From assembly GCA_048938895.1 (NCBI GenBank), contig JBHLLU010000052.1:1-28085 (forward strand): 28,085 bases of DNA, in the 5' to 3' direction. The notes below the pieces were generated by a model. The model did not search any database. It was not told the DNA's origin and saw only the letters and a program-made list of their open reading frames with translations. The translations under genes and the position numbers were made by a program. The DNA is from Promethearchaeota archaeon (GTDB lineage Archaea; Asgardarchaeota; Lokiarchaeia; Sigyniarchaeales; SOKP01). This document shows positions 1 through 8,741 of the stretch, piece by piece. Position 1 is the stretch's first letter. Every line of letters begins with the position of its first letter.

Positions 1-501
1 ATTTTTGTTTTTATAATTCTTTTCATAGGAATTTTTACATTATTGCGATTTAGAGGAATTTACCAACAATCGAGGAAGAGTGGTGGTATTGATAAAAAAG
101 AAGATGTGTTAACCAAACCGAGGTTAATTCTAGGTACACTTTATATAGTGTTGGCTTTTGGAATATTGTTTAACTACTTAACCTATGTCTTTATTTGGAT
201 TTTTGATCCTCTACCAGATAGATTAATATATAATTTTATTGAATTTAGTGGAATTGATCCTTTTTATTTAAACGGAATAAAGGATATTTCTCTTTCTCAA
301 TATCCTCACGAGAAGACTATCTATTATTGCTTTTCTTTTGGATCTCTGATGTCAGTTTTATCTATTTTATTAAGTTTATGGTATCTAATAAATAATAACC
401 GAATAATCAATAACCCTAGGAAAACATTTGGTTTTTTGATTTCAGGTCTTATAGGAGGTATCTTATTTGGTTTTACTACTTTTCTTCCATTTTTTTTATA
501 A
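1..501 (+). CDS. Multi-pass membrane protein, hypothetical, 5'-truncated by the window edge
   Basis: Frame is open from base 1 (IFVFIILFIGIFTLL...) through the listed TTG at 43 to TAA at 501; several hydrophobic segments. Confidence 0.75.
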   Translation: MFVFIILFIGIFTLLRFRGIYQQSRKSGGIDKKEDVLTKPRLILGTLYIVLAFGILFNYLTYVFIWIFDPLPDRLIYNFIEFSGIDPFYLNGIKDISLSQYPHEKTIYYCFSFGSLMSVLSILLSLWYLINNNRIINNPRKTFGFLISGLIGGILFGFTTFLPFFL

Positions 502-590
502 TATATTATATTATCCTCATATTCCGACAAATCAATAACATGAATTTTTTCATTATTTGTTATCGCTTCAAAACATGTAACAACTTTAGA

Positions 591-608
591 GCGAAAGATT
601 TATATAAG
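591..608 (+). promoter_or_regulatory. BRE-TATA promoter, probably for tfb
   Basis: GCGAAAGA-TTTATATAAG matches the archaeal purine-rich BRE followed by a TTTA(T/A)ATA TATA box; a second TTTATATAA lies at about 741-749. Confidence 0.5.
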
Positions 609-761
609 GTTTTTATATATATATTATTTGCATCAGAGATTATATTCGATTTTCAGTCACGTGAATTTTTGAGTAATTTAAAAGAATTTCTAAGCGCTAT
701 ACGGGTTAAATTTCAACTCAAATGTAGGTATAAGGAATTTTTATATAAGTAAAAGTAATGA

Positions 762-1661
762 ATGGTTGTTATTATGGATATAGAATCAGATTTAAGTAAT
801 TTTTCAAACTCATGCCCTGAATGTGATGGAAAAGTAATCCCACTCCATGAAAGGGGCGAAATTGTTTGCGGACAATGTGGCTTAGTTATTAGTGAACGAA
901 TTGTCGATATTTCTCATAGTGGTAAAAGAGCATTTACTAAACAGGAAAAAGAAAGTAGAGAAAGAACAGGCTCTCCTATCTCAATTCTTTTACCAGATAT
1001 GGGATTGAGCACCATAATTGATAAATCTAACATCAAAAGCCCTGATTTGAAACGGGCAGCTAAATGGAACTCTCGAATGACTTGGGATAAGAGAAACATG
1101 TTAATTGCAACCACCGAATTGAAAAGAATTGGTAGTAATTTAAATTTACCTAACCATGTAAAGAAAGCAGCTATAAGGCTCTACATTGAAGCCTTTAAGA
1201 AGAAGCTTCTTAGAGGAAGGTCAATTAACGGTATGGTTGCCGCGTGTCTGTATTTTGCTTGTAGAGAAAGAAAAATCCCACGAACTCTACAAGAAATTCT
1301 TGAACAAACTTCTATAAGTGCCAAAAATGTGAGAAGATGTTATAGAACTTTAATTAGAGAATTAAATTTAAAAGTACCTTCCACTGATCCAATTTCTCTT
1401 ATTCCCCGCTTTATTGCTGAGTTAGACTTAGATGCGGACGCAGAAAATGGAACAATTAAAATTTTACAAACATTTACTTCAAAGTTTTCTACTTCAGGTA
1501 AGGATCCTAAAGGATTATGTGCAGGAGCGTTGTATTTAGTTTGTAAGATGAAAGATAAAAGAGTATCCCAAAAAGAGATTGCTAATTTAGTGGGGGTAAC
1601 TGAAGTAACCCTTCGCTCAAGATACAAAGAGCTGATTAAGATGTTAAATATTATGGTATGA
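762..1661 (+). CDS. tfb: Transcription initiation factor IIB (TFB)
   Basis: Zn ribbon CPECD...CGQCG, RAF...RTGSP reader/linker, cyclin repeat motifs RGRS...AACLYFACR...PRTL and GKDPKGLCAGALY, C-terminal HTH SQKEIANLVGVTEVTLRSRYKEL. Confidence 0.97.
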   Translation: MVVIMDIESDLSNFSNSCPECDGKVIPLHERGEIVCGQCGLVISERIVDISHSGKRAFTKQEKESRERTGSPISILLPDMGLSTIIDKSNIKSPDLKRAAKWNSRMTWDKRNMLIATTELKRIGSNLNLPNHVKKAAIRLYIEAFKKKLLRGRSINGMVAACLYFACRERKIPRTLQEILEQTSISAKNVRRCYRTLIRELNLKVPSTDPISLIPRFIAELDLDADAENGTIKILQTFTSKFSTSGKDPKGLCAGALYLVCKMKDKRVSQKEIANLVGVTEVTLRSRYKELIKMLNIMV

Positions 1662-1683
1662 TTTTAAATTTTATAACTTCTCC

Positions 1684-2265
1684 TTATTCTTCTTTTTTTA
1701 TCATTAATTTCAAAAAATCAGGTAATGTAAGCATATAACCCTGAGCATTTGGAAGTTGATTTATAATTTTTATAAATAATTGAGAATAATTTTCTGCTCT
1801 ATCCTTCTGTTTTAAAACATCGTTTCTAGTTTGTTCTCGAATGGACTCTACGGGAATTCCTCTCATTACTGTACGAGCGGGTATCGTTAATCCCGGAGGG
1901 ACTTGACTCCCATTCATAATAATAACTCCTTCTCCTATTGAGGCTTCTTCATATATCAAAGTTGCTTCCTTAATTTGCACATAATCTTCCATAAAGCAAC
2001 CTAGTAATGTTACTCCTGATTCTACAATACAATATCTCCCAATATTTATTGAACTCCTTTGAGTTCTCGTTAACATCATTACACCATCGAAAATCGTAGA
2101 ATATTCTCCAATAATAATAGGTGAGTTTTCCGCTCGAATGATTGAACCAGGCCATATAATTACGTGATCATTTACTTTGACATCACCAATTAAAGTGCTT
2201 TGAGGACTCACATAGCAATTAGGGCTTATTTGGGGTTTCTTTCCATTATATTCAATTAACGGCAT
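1684..2265 (-). CDS. Gamma-carbonic-anhydrase-like left-handed beta-helix protein lacking the Zn-binding histidines
   Basis: YrdA/CaiE-type N-terminus (YNGKKPQI...LIGDV), hexapeptide repeats, GxP before the C-terminal helix; the three His ligand positions are L65/S83/L88. Confidence 0.85.
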   Translation of the reverse strand: MPLIEYNGKKPQISPNCYVSPQSTLIGDVKVNDHVIIWPGSIIRAENSPIIIGEYSTIFDGVMMLTRTQRSSINIGRYCIVESGVTLLGCFMEDYVQIKEATLIYEEASIGEGVIIMNGSQVPPGLTIPARTVMRGIPVESIREQTRNDVLKQKDRAENYSQLFIKIINQLPNAQGYMLTLPDFLKLMIKKEE

Positions 2266-2392
2266 ATCAATTTTCCTAAAAGTATTCTAAATTCTAAAAA
2301 ATAATGTCTAGTTAAAAACATAGTAACTCTTAAGAAATTTAAACTTTTATTTGAGAGATATTGATTTAATAGGTTCTGAATATAATAGTTTT

Positions 2393-3208
2393 TTAGATAT
2401 AGATCTTAAAGGGATCATATGATTCAAAGAGGGTAAATTCAACATAAGGAAACTCTAAACTTAAGATATTACATAATTTTTTTAGAGCAAGAATTTCCAT
2501 TTTATAGTGTGACGTCTCAATTAACGATAGCCCTATATCTCTACCGAAAATTGCACTGAAATAATCAATTCTACCGGTTATATAACAATCACAACCAAAA
2601 GCCTTAGCTTTTCTTAAATATGATAGTTTTGGAGTATCTCCGCCAACAATGCATATTTTGTTGATTATTTTCTTTAGATCTCCTACGTATGAGATATAAG
2701 TCATGTCTAAATGGATTTGAATTCGCTTTATTATATCCTCTAAAGTCATTTTCTGGTCATGTTTCAAATAATATTTTGGAGTACATATCCGTCCAATTGG
2801 AACCTTCATCCCTTTTTCATTTTTTATATCAAAAGTTCTTTCTAACTTCAAATAAAGAGCATCTACTATAGTTTCAGATACACCATCTTCTGCAGCGATG
2901 AATGAAGAGTTTAATACAAATATCGCAATTGGGTATTTCGTAAGCAAAGTTAATTTATTTACTAATTCTTGATTGAATTTTAATGTTGGATTTTTAAATA
3001 ATCCATGATGGGAGATGATGAGATTAAAGCGATTTTTCACAGCAAAATGTAAAGCTTCAGTGCTTAAATCTATAGTGAGCATTACTTTTTTTATTGTTCC
3101 ATTGAATTTTTTTTGATTATATTGAAATCCGTAAATCTCTGAATTTAATTTATACACTTTGGGGGATAATTTTTTAGTTAATATTGTTTGAATTTCTTGG
3201 AGAAGCAT
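2393..3208 (-). CDS. Nif3/YbgI-like dinuclear metal-centre protein (divergent)
   Basis: KKVMLTID, LIISHHGLF, YITG and HY.ME motifs of the NIF3 family; TTG/CTT-region start per ORF track. Confidence 0.88.
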   Translation of the reverse strand: MLLQEIQTILTKKLSPKVYKLNSEIYGFQYNQKKFNGTIKKVMLTIDLSTEALHFAVKNRFNLIISHHGLFKNPTLKFNQELVNKLTLLTKYPIAIFVLNSSFIAAEDGVSETIVDALYLKLERTFDIKNEKGMKVPIGRICTPKYYLKHDQKMTLEDIIKRIQIHLDMTYISYVGDLKKIINKICIVGGDTPKLSYLRKAKAFGCDCYITGRIDYFSAIFGRDIGLSLIETSHYKMEILALKKLCNILSLEFPYVEFTLFESYDPFKIYI

Positions 3209-3338
3209 TTTAATCAGTCCTTAGCTCATAATGTGAAAAATTTTTATAATTTAATATGATAAAAGTCAGTAATGGTTTTTTAATTTGAAAAATAAAAAGT
3301 TACATATTTAAGAAATTGAATTAAAAAGAATTAATATC

Positions 3339-3752
3339 ATGCAGATTGAAAATTGTATCTTTTGTAAAATTATAAGGAAAGAAATTCCATCAAAAATAGT
3401 ATTTGAAAATGATATAAATCTCGCATTTTTAGATATTTCCCCTCTTTCAAATGGTCATACAATAGTTATTCCCAAAAACCATTATGTTACCTTGGAGGAT
3501 ATTCCTGAATATGAACTAAACGAACTTTATAAAACTGTGAAAAAGATTGCATTGATGCTACATAGTAAATTACAAATTGATGGCTATAATATCCTTCAAA
3601 ACAATTTTGAAGCAGCAGGACAGGTTGTAAAGCATTTTCATGTCCACATAATTCCTAGGCATTTAAATGACGAGACATTAAGGATTAATATTCCAAGAAA
3701 TCAAGCAACTGAAGAAGAACTTAACAGTGTGTTAAATAAATTAAATCTGTAA
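3339..3752 (+). CDS. hit: HIT family nucleotide hydrolase (Hint-like)
   Basis: CIFCKI, AFLDISP..GHTIVIPK, AGQVVKHFHVHIIPR histidine triad. Confidence 0.96.
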   Translation: MQIENCIFCKIIRKEIPSKIVFENDINLAFLDISPLSNGHTIVIPKNHYVTLEDIPEYELNELYKTVKKIALMLHSKLQIDGYNILQNNFEAAGQVVKHFHVHIIPRHLNDETLRINIPRNQATEEELNSVLNKLNL

Positions 3753-3807
3753 TTTTATCTTTTTATTCCGTTTAGTTTAAAAAGATGACTTTAAACAATA
3801 AATAAGA

Positions 3808-4008
3808 ATGAGGATCAAATGCTTTTTTAAGAAAATAAATGCTTTAATAAGAAGTTTTTTTTTGGATAAATATGGCGGTAATCTTGTCGAGTATGCTCTA
3901 CTCATTGGTTTTGCACTTTTTATCTTCTTTATTATAACTGGTGTGGTTACATCAATACTCGATTGGACTGTTGGTTTATCAGATGATTTTTTAAATATTT
4001 TTGGATGA
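3808..4008 (+). CDS. flp: Flp/Fap-type (type IVc) prepilin
   Basis: Basic 23-aa leader ending FFLDKYG, then GNLVEYALLIG with Glu+5 and Tyr+6 (Flp motif) and a hydrophobic helix; 43-aa predicted mature pilin. Confidence 0.82.
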   Translation: MRIKCFFKKINALIRSFFLDKYGGNLVEYALLIGFALFIFFIITGVVTSILDWTVGLSDDFLNIFG

Positions 4009-4026
4009 ACCTTAAATAATATAAAT

Positions 4027-4413
4027 CTAATCCATATTAACTTTTTTTAGTTTTACTATCTTACTGTCAATAACCATGAAATTAAACTTTTCCGCCCAAT
4101 CATCAAGTTGACTTATTACAAAGTCAGTGTCTAAATTTAAATGTTCTATAAATACATTAAATGGTATCTGATCTGAGATTTTTAAATAATTCCCTATTTT
4201 CTTCATCAATTCCCTCTGTTCAGGAGGATTCTCTTTTCGCTTCCTAGTCCTTAATTTCTCTAATAGAGGGTCATTTTTACTGTCATTAAAAAAATATTCT
4301 ACTATGTTACTTATAACTTGTGCTCTCGTGGCCCCAAATACATCCACAAGTTCTTCAATTAGCCTCATATAGCTATTGTTTAAAGTTACTGTAGTTCTTG
4401 AAGTCTCAGTCAT
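4027..4413 (-). CDS. Ribbon-helix-helix DNA-binding protein with a C-terminal winged-helix-like domain
   Basis: RTTVTL beta-ribbon, helix, G-ATRAQVI helix (CopG/NikR pattern); C-terminal helices followed by a beta hairpin. Confidence 0.7.
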   Translation of the reverse strand: MTETSRTTVTLNNSYMRLIEELVDVFGATRAQVISNIVEYFFNDSKNDPLLEKLRTRKRKENPPEQRELMKKIGNYLKISDQIPFNVFIEHLNLDTDFVISQLDDWAEKFNFMVIDSKIVKLKKVNMD

Positions 4414-4573
4414 TTCTGTGATTTAATAGTTTTATTCCACTTTTATAATATTGAACTTCGTTTTTAAATTTTAGTGCTTATTGATGATAATAATGCATAA
4501 ATAACCATCATTTATATATTATTTGGGATTAATATGATCATAGGAATAAATTCTTACCAATTAAATTAAAAAG

Positions 4574-4594
4574 TCGAAAAATTGTCGTTTTCGA
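4574..4594. promoter_or_regulatory. Inverted repeat, candidate operator between the divergent RHH and HTH genes
   Basis: TCGAAAA-N7-TTTTCGA perfect arms, 27 nt upstream of the 4622 start. Confidence 0.45.
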
Positions 4595-4621
4595 TTTAAT
4601 AAAAAAAATGAGGAATAAATT

Positions 4622-4876
4622 ATGGCTGAAAGAATTGCTTTCGAAAAATTTACAGAATCAAAAGATTTTTTATCTCCAATTCAATATAATTTACTTAAAA
4701 CTCTGGATAATATCGGCCCATCCACACGTAAGGATCTAGTAAAACACCTTAATACCCCAAGAACTACAATCTATGATAATTTAGTGAAACTTCAAAAAAG
4801 AAGGTTAATAGAAAAATTCTCAAGAACTGATGGTAAAAGAGGAAGACCTTTAGTTTTCTGGAAGATAAAACCTTAG
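4622..4876 (+). CDS. Small winged-helix transcriptional regulator (TrmB N-terminal-like)
   Basis: GPSTRKDL...PRTTIYDNLVKL...LIEK...GKRGRP.VFW. Confidence 0.88.
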   Translation: MAERIAFEKFTESKDFLSPIQYNLLKTLDNIGPSTRKDLVKHLNTPRTTIYDNLVKLQKRRLIEKFSRTDGKRGRPLVFWKIKP

Positions 4877-4931
4877 TGAATTTGTAATTTTTTTTATTAA
4901 TTCTTATTATTTTTTCAATATTTTTACAAAT

Positions 4932-5118
4932 ACCCCATAATTTCCACTGCAAATTTTATTTTAGAATTATTGTATTTGGAAAAAAATATTATAAATTTTA
5001 GAATAAGCCCCAGTAAAAAATTATTGAATCATATTTAAATAAATTTATTACATCTTTGATAGAACCAATCTTTAGTCAAACTATTTTTGTTTAATTTCTC
5101 CAATGGAAATTATGGACT
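4932..5118. other. Candidate replication origin: two inverted ORB-like boxes flanking an AT-rich core
   Basis: Minus strand 4932-4953 TTTGCAGTGGAAATTATGGGGT and plus strand 5097-5118 TCTCCAATGGAAATTATGGACT (17/22 identical) resemble the archaeal ORB consensus TCCAGTGGAAA...GGGG. Confidence 0.6.
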
Positions 5119-5152
5119 ATAAAAAGAATTTTATATAAAATCAATTATAGTT

Positions 5153-6967
5153 TTATTTTGATTTAGGAATGTAATAAAATTCATTAATTCGTTTCTGATA
5201 CTCATCTTTTGTACTTCCTATTTTGTTAACACGGGGTCTTTTAGAGATTGAATCTCTTCTGAAAGTAATTCCCATAATTTTTAAGAAGTTGTTAAATCCA
5301 TCTCTCAGACTTTGAGGTGCCATAGCATTACCTTCTAGCCCAGGAATACCATCAAATACCAAAATAGAGTCGGCAATAAAATCTTGAGTTATAATATCAT
5401 GTTCTACCACAAATCCTGCTTTTTTCAATTCTTCAATAGATTTTCTTAACAATTGAGCAACCTGTAATCTCATCTCAACGTCTAAGAATGCTGAGGGTTC
5501 ATCTAAAAGATATATGTCCGCTTCAGTTGATAAACATTTTGCTATTGCCACTCTTTGTAATTCTCCACCACTTAATTCTGAGATAGTACGTTCTCTAATA
5601 TTTTCTAAATTTAAACTATTTACTAATCTTTTCTTAAAAGATTGACTAAGATGAGTTGCCATTTTTATTTCTGTAATGAGGTCAGAAACCAATTTATCCT
5701 CTTCCAATTTTATATATTGAGGTTTAACGGATATACTCATTTCCCTTTTATTGTTATTTATATCCACCTCAGTGCTTATTGCTTTTTCTGCTATTGAATT
5801 TATAAATGTTGTCTTTCCTATACCATTTGGTCCTAAAATTCCGATAATTTCCCCCGAATGAATTTCACTCCCAGAAGTAGACAAATTAAACTTGCCCAAA
5901 GAGACCTGAATATCATCATATGAAAAAATAATGTCACCAGAGGTAAAAAGAGATTCTTGTGGGGGACGTTCATGAAATACTATTGCTTCTTCTCTAAATC
6001 TTACATTTTCATCCTTAATATATCCGTTTAGATAAATATTTATACCAACTCTTACTCCTTGAGGGTGAGAAATGATGCCATAAACTCCAGGTTGACCGTA
6101 TAAGATTGATACATAATCACTAAGATAATCTAATATTGCTAAATCATGTTCTACTACAATTATTGTTTTATTCTCAGTTGATAATTGCCTAATTAGTTTT
6201 GCCATATTAATACGTTCACTTACATCTAAGTATGAACTTGGTTCATCAAACAAATATACATCTCCATCTTTAAGATAAGCGGCAGCAATAGCTACTCTTT
6301 GTAACTCACCCCCAGATAATACAGAAATATCCCGTTCTAAAATTTTTGTTAAGTTTAAATTTTCAGTTATGTGATCTAACTTTTTTGATTCATCATTTTT
6401 ACTTAACAAATCAATTACTCTTCCAGTTACGTATTTTGGGATTATAGTTATATTTTGAGGTTTGTAAACAATTTTTAGTTTATTTTCTTTAAGATCTATG
6501 AAATATTGATGGAGTTCTGATCCTTTGAAATGATTAATTATTTGTGTCCAATCTGGAGCGTTATCACCAAATTTTCCCAGATTTAATTTTAATTCATTGG
6601 ATAATATTTTTAGCATTGTACTTTTCCCTATTCCATTTTGGCCAATTAATCCTAAAACTTTACCCCTTTTAGGGATCGCCATTCGAAAAAGAGAGAACTG
6701 ATCTGGACCATAACGATAAGAAATTTGATTTTCTAAAGGATCTGGTAAATTTATAATGCTTATTGCTTTAAATGGGCATTTCTTAATACATATCCCTTCA
6801 CCTGAACAAAGGTTTTCGGTTATAATTACAAATTTCTCGTCAGGGCTTAAAACTATAGTTTGATCTCCTGTTCTCACTCTTGGACAATATTTTATACACG
6901 GTTTTTCTCCATAAGGACTACATTTATCTGGTTTACAAAAATCCTTGTTTAAAACAGCAATTCTCAT
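5153..6967 (-). CDS. rli: ABCE1/RLI ribosome-recycling ATPase
   Basis: N-terminal Fe-S domain, two NBDs (GQNGIGKS, GPNGIGKT), two LSGGELQR signatures, DEPS Walker B motifs, C-terminal TFRRD...RPRVNK. Confidence 0.98.
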   Translation of the reverse strand: MRIAVLNKDFCKPDKCSPYGEKPCIKYCPRVRTGDQTIVLSPDEKFVIITENLCSGEGICIKKCPFKAISIINLPDPLENQISYRYGPDQFSLFRMAIPKRGKVLGLIGQNGIGKSTMLKILSNELKLNLGKFGDNAPDWTQIINHFKGSELHQYFIDLKENKLKIVYKPQNITIIPKYVTGRVIDLLSKNDESKKLDHITENLNLTKILERDISVLSGGELQRVAIAAAYLKDGDVYLFDEPSSYLDVSERINMAKLIRQLSTENKTIIVVEHDLAILDYLSDYVSILYGQPGVYGIISHPQGVRVGINIYLNGYIKDENVRFREEAIVFHERPPQESLFTSGDIIFSYDDIQVSLGKFNLSTSGSEIHSGEIIGILGPNGIGKTTFINSIAEKAISTEVDINNNKREMSISVKPQYIKLEEDKLVSDLITEIKMATHLSQSFKKRLVNSLNLENIRERTISELSGGELQRVAIAKCLSTEADIYLLDEPSAFLDVEMRLQVAQLLRKSIEELKKAGFVVEHDIITQDFIADSILVFDGIPGLEGNAMAPQSLRDGFNNFLKIMGITFRRDSISKRPRVNKIGSTKDEYQKRINEFYYIPKSK

Positions 6968-7081
6968 TAATTAAATCACTAATACTTTAAATCAAAAATA
7001 ACATTATAAATTAATTGTAATTAAAAATAATTTAAAATTAACTTATAGAGATTCAGATAAAAATTATTTATTTTAAGAAAA

Positions 7082-7252
7082 CTAAGTCCTCTTTCTTTTG
7101 AAAAATTTTCTTCTTTTCTTTTCTTTTAATTTCTTATAGCATTCTGAGCAGTATGTATGTGCTTCAGTAATCATTTCTCCACAATTTTTGCAATGTTTAT
7201 GTGGATCGATGTAGGGTTCTACATTTTTTTTATATCTTTCGAATTTGCTCAA
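7082..7252 (-). CDS. Small Zn-ribbon protein (DUF2116-like), 56 aa, not in the ORF track
   Basis: TTG start with upstream GGGAG; MSKFERYKKNVEPYIDPHKHCKNCGEMITEAHTYCSECYKKLKEKKRRKFFKRKRT. Confidence 0.8.
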   Translation of the reverse strand: MSKFERYKKNVEPYIDPHKHCKNCGEMITEAHTYCSECYKKLKEKKRRKFFKRKRT

Positions 7253-7293
7253 AATTATTCTCCTATTGTTTTATATATAAAATGTCTAGTAGA

Positions 7294-8556
7294 TTATATT
7301 TTTTTCACTCCATCTTTATCAATTTTGATTTGATAAAATTGAGCATTTTCTAGGTTTTTTATGATATCAATAGGGTATGAAGGAAATTTAGAAGTAAACA
7401 AATTTCTATTTTTAGTAATCTCACGTAACTTCATTTTCCAGTAATTTAGGACACTTTCAATTCTATCTGGGTTTACTAATGCGAATACAGATCCCCCATT
7501 CCCAGCACCAGTTAATTTTGCAGCATAAACATCAGGATTTTCCTCAATTATTTTGATTAATATATTATTTATCAATCCAATGCCAAATTCAAATCCTGCC
7601 GTTTTCATAATCTTATTCATTATTTTTGTATTCTCTCGAAAAAAGTCACCTAAGCATTTCCAATCATGTTTCATAAAGGCAAACCTTGATTTCCAAGATA
7701 TTTCTGCTAAAGTAGAATAATAAACCAATATTTGTGGGTTTTCTTGTAAATATAATTTCCGCAATTTGCCATGTACATCACCACTTTCGTGAGTTACCCC
7801 TGAAAAACAAATTAGAATAGGTAAATCGTGGATTTCATAGGTTTTATCAATTCTATCATATACTGCTAATGGCTCATTTGAAATTTCTTTATGATAAAGT
7901 TTTCCGACGTAAGAACAAAAACCTAATCCTCCTCTGCTTATAACATATCTATCTGAATATCCCGCAGTTATCTTTAAATTTTCATCTTCAACTTTCGTAG
8001 CAATTTCCGCTATGATATCTTTATTTATTGGAACTTCACTCTCTTTTATGTCGTTAAGATTGTTATATAAATCAAAATAACATGCAAGTCCATAAAGAAC
8101 AGCAATTATTATAGCTGTACTCCCACCTAAACCACTTTGTAGAGGGATAGTCGTTAAGAGCCCTATTTCAATAGATGATCTTAAATATCTCTCCTTAAAA
8201 TTAGAATTCACGGTAATTAATCTATTTATACTTTCACATACCAACCTTTCTTTTCCACCAAGGTCCTTGAGATCTCCTGCGAGATTTTTCAATAAATTTA
8301 TTTCACTTTCCAGTGTAATACTACAAGTTACTTTCAAATTATCAATTGAATAGATTTTAAGTCGATTTTCTTCTGAAACCTTTTTGATATATAGAAAAGC
8401 TGACAACGGATTTTTTTTTCCATGGATCGCTACTGATGGCATCCAAAAATCCCCTTCTACAGCATCTAAAGGATTTATTAAATTTATTCTTGATGGAGCT
8501 CTGACAATTATGTCTGGTTTTAAATTAGAAAGAAAATTTTTAATAATTTCTAGCAA
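7294..8556 (-). CDS. GHMP-superfamily kinase (sugar/sugar-acid kinase-like)
   Basis: VRAPSRINL, IPLQSGLGGSTA ATP loop, GYSD, AAKLTGAGNGG. Confidence 0.92.
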   Translation of the reverse strand: MLEIIKNFLSNLKPDIIVRAPSRINLINPLDAVEGDFWMPSVAIHGKKNPLSAFLYIKKVSEENRLKIYSIDNLKVTCSITLESEINLLKNLAGDLKDLGGKERLVCESINRLITVNSNFKERYLRSSIEIGLLTTIPLQSGLGGSTAIIIAVLYGLACYFDLYNNLNDIKESEVPINKDIIAEIATKVEDENLKITAGYSDRYVISRGGLGFCSYVGKLYHKEISNEPLAVYDRIDKTYEIHDLPILICFSGVTHESGDVHGKLRKLYLQENPQILVYYSTLAEISWKSRFAFMKHDWKCLGDFFRENTKIMNKIMKTAGFEFGIGLINNILIKIIEENPDVYAAKLTGAGNGGSVFALVNPDRIESVLNYWKMKLREITKNRNLFTSKFPSYPIDIIKNLENAQFYQIKIDKDGVKKI

Positions 8557-8741
8557 AGCTAAAACCTAACCAATATTTAAATAAGAATTATGCACATAAA
8601 CATAAATCCTTTCTATAACTTAAATTATTTACTATAATTATTATGCTTGATATTTGAATTGATCTAATCTTAGAACTTTCCAATGAATAAGTCATCATAA
8701 ATCATTTATGTTTTTATAATTATTAACAAAAAATTTAATGT

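Noticed and set aside
324-752. ORFs 324-530 (-) and 540-752 (+)
   Set aside because: The first is antisense to the membrane gene; the second spans the tfb promoter and has no recognisable motif
6797-6800. TGA near the missing ABCE1 cysteine suggesting selenocysteine
   Set aside because: The TGA is out of frame; the in-frame codon is GAA and the ORF is uninterrupted
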